A stretch of 64,000 bases of DNA. Source: Camelus dromedarius. Taxonomy: Eukaryota. The position numbers and the translations under genes were made by a program. Position 1 is the stretch's first letter. The number at the start of each line of letters is the position of its first letter. Positions 61,577-64,000 of the stretch are shown here, piece after piece. The notes beneath the pieces were generated by a model. That model did no database searches, was not told the DNA's origin, and saw only the letters and a list, made by a program, of their open reading frames with translations. The stretch is taken from positions 13,392,001-13,456,000 of the forward strand of contig NC_087469.1 of assembly GCF_036321535.1 (NCBI RefSeq). Direction: 5' to 3'.

Positions 61577-62500
61577 ATGGCTCCTGGAAATGGCTCTTTC
61601 GTGACTGAATTCATTTTGGTGGGATTAACAGACCAACCAGATCTCCAGCTCCCTCTGTTCTTCCTGTTTCTAGTAATGTATATGGTCACTGTGTTGGGAA
61701 ATTTGGGCTTGATAATCCTAATTGGGCTGAATTCACACCTCCACACCCCCATGTACTTTTTCCTCTTTAATTTGTCCTTCATCGATCTCTGTTATTCTTC
61801 TGTATTCACACCCAAAATGCTGATTAACTTCATATCAAAGAAGAATATTATCTCCCACACGGGGTGCATGACCCAGCTTTACTTTTTCAGTTTTTTTGGT
61901 ATCTCTGAGTGCTATGTGCTGACAGCAATGGCTTATGATCGGTATGTGGCCATCTGTCACCCACTTATGTACAACATTTCCATGTCTCCTAAAGTGTGTT
62001 CCAGCATTATGCTTGGTTCACACCTCCTGGCATCTTCTGGTGCCATGGCTCTCCCTGGATGCATGCTAAGATTGGCTTTCTGTGATGCAAGTACCATCAA
62101 CCACTACTTCTGTGACATTTTCCCTCTGCTCCAGCTCTCCTGCACCAGCACCTATACCCCCGAGCTGGTAGCTTCCATTATAGCCAGAATCGATGTCACT
62201 GTGCCCAGTATCACCATACTTGTCACTTATGGTTTCATCCTCTCCAACATCCTCCATATCAGCTCCAGGTCCAAAGCCTTCAGTACCTGCAGTTCCCATA
62301 TAACTGCTGTTTCTCTCTTCTTTGGAGCAATTGCATTTATGTATCTCAAACCATCTTCTTCTGTGTCTATGGATGAAGGAAAAATCTCTTCTGTCTTTTA
62401 CACCAATACGGTTCCCTTGCTGAACCCCCTAATTTACAGCTTGAGGAACAAAGACGTAAAACTTGCTCCGAGGAAAATCCTGAGTAGGAAAACGTTTTGA
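61577..62500 (+). CDS. Olfactory receptor family 8 (OR8B/OR8C-like), open frame of 307 aa with an in-frame deletion; function uncertain
   Basis: [52 protein letters not shown] and [13 protein letters not shown]|RSKAF lacks the usual x-E-G before RSKAF. Confidence 0.85.
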   Translation: MAPGNGSFVTEFILVGLTDQPDLQLPLFFLFLVMYMVTVLGNLGLIILIGLNSHLHTPMYFFLFNLSFIDLCYSSVFTPKMLINFISKKNIISHTGCMTQLYFFSFFGISECYVLTAMAYDRYVAICHPLMYNISMSPKVCSSIMLGSHLLASSGAMALPGCMLRLAFCDASTINHYFCDIFPLLQLSCTSTYTPELVASIIARIDVTVPSITILVTYGFILSNILHISSRSKAFSTCSSHITAVSLFFGAIAFMYLKPSSSVSMDEGKISSVFYTNTVPLLNPLIYSLRNKDVKLAPRKILSRKTF

Positions 62501-63139
62501 TCAGAAAGCATCTGTGTAGTGCAGCTAGTTACAGGACAGGGAGATTCTGTGTGTTTAATTAAATATTTTACTGACAGCTTTTTAATGCTATTTTTTTCTG
62601 AACATGATTAAGACAATTTGTGCCTTCTCTCAATAACCTATTCCAATTTTTATAGCTGAGACTTCTTTCTAACCACTTGCACAATATCTACTCCATCATT
62701 TTTCCTGCTTAGTAATAAACACCAAATTACAAATACTTTGTCTCCTTTTTTACCATTGTCATTTAGAACTTTTAAAATTTTTATTAGAAAGAGGAAATGG
62801 TCTCCAAACAATCAAATTTGAGACCCTTTATCTAATGAGAGATCAATGATTAAGAGATCAATGAGCTGAGTGAAAGAAAAATGAGCTAGGTAATACTAGA
62901 GCGACACTGTTTTACTGGAGGTGCACTTATTGCTAATAGAAGCATGAATCAGGTACTCTGTTTCTACCCCCATCTTTGCATTCTGTGGGAAGAATATGTC
63001 TCCTTTAAATGCCAGACATTGAAGGTTCCTTTAAGACTACTGACTAGAATCCATTTTGCACCGTAAATATTTTGCATCAAGCTTATTTCAGCAGAGTTTT
63101 CCTTTTGACCTTTGTACAGTGAAACCAGGACATAACAGG

Positions 63140-63250
63140 CCATCAGAAAAGATTCATTCATAGATGGGAAAATGAAGCTCAGAATGGTTAATAACTTACT
63201 TAAAGTCACACAGCTTCATAAAGAAAAGGTTGAGACTGCACTCTTACCCT
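63140..63250 (-). mobile_element. MIR fragment
   Basis: catagatgggaaaatgaagctcagaatggttaataacttacttaaagtcacacagc. Confidence 0.8.
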
Positions 63251-64000
63251 TCCAATTTCTACTCTACTATTCTCTATAGTCTACTTACATCTATTTCATT
63301 ACAGTATATTCTTTTCGGTAAGACTGTAGGATGAGAAAATATTTCAGTGTGAGGTTGACTGTTCTTTGCTGCAGAGTGATATATGAATTTCTCTCATGCT
63401 CTGTGTTACTTTTTGTTTGTGTGTTTAGGCAAAGAGTTTCACAGTACATGTATAATTTAAAGAGAAGTACAGTAATCTGAGATTTACCCTGTTTTGGGTA
63501 TCAAATGTCCTATCAATGACTTATAGGAAAAATGTTTCCTCTGAGATTTGCTAGTTCATAAATTGTCCACACCATCAATAGCATAGCTCTTGGTAAAGGA
63601 AAGAATTTGGGAACACTAGGTCTTGAGGGGAAAGTCTTACAATTTCAACTGTCCTAAAGTAAGGCTTTCTTCTGTATCAGAACTACAACAGTGTGTGAAA
63701 ACTGAACTGTGTTAATTCTCCCTATGAATTATGGGATGTGAATTAAGGGACAGTTATGTGGTCTAAAACAGTCCCTGTCAGTGAGGGGAATTATCCTTTT
63801 GGAACTTGTCTCAGCTATATTCTAAGTAAACAGCTCCCTCTGATGGGGACTTTTCTCTTAGACAATATTTGAATTAATTTAAAAGAAAAAAGAAATTGCT
63901 CTAAGAAATATCCCAAGAAGGCTTTAGTATATTTTTTAAAATCAAGTAAAGATCCTTGATATATAAGTATTGTTTTTAAAACTGCAAAAATATAATAAAT

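Noticed and set aside
1-64000. CRISPR arrays, rRNA genes, operon-like systems
   Set aside because: This is mammalian genomic DNA, and I saw no regularly spaced repeat-spacer arrays or rRNA-like sequence.

Overview
Mammalian genomic DNA, very likely camelid (camel/alpaca-type tRNA-derived SINE and LINE-1 3' ends), syntenic with the human 11q24 olfactory-receptor (OR) cluster. The window holds the last exons of VWA5A (to 3813) and then six + strand OR loci: OR10D1-like (17289-18245), an OR10-family pseudogene (20897-21790), OR10D3 (25814-26746), OR8G1-like (40859-41794), a second OR10D-subfamily gene (50956-51888) and an OR8B/8C-like gene with a 9-nt in-frame deletion (61577-62500). The rest is old and young transposon sequence (MIR, L2, CR1/L3, L1, hAT and Tigger elements, MaLR and ERV1 LTRs) plus a 176-N assembly gap. 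The most notable signal is that the two OR10D genes 33,667 bp apart share a 728-nt block starting exactly at the ATG with only 3 mismatches, while their introns, TM6-TM7-tail segments and flanks are clearly divergent. This fits a recent ectopic gene conversion that made a chimeric receptor, and it coincides with a CpG/GC peak and a probable stop-codon loss at the likely donor gene. Orthology and repeat-family names come from remembered sequences, not database searches; promoter and splice calls are motif-based only. I see no prokaryote-type systems, RNA genes or novel protein-coding genes.
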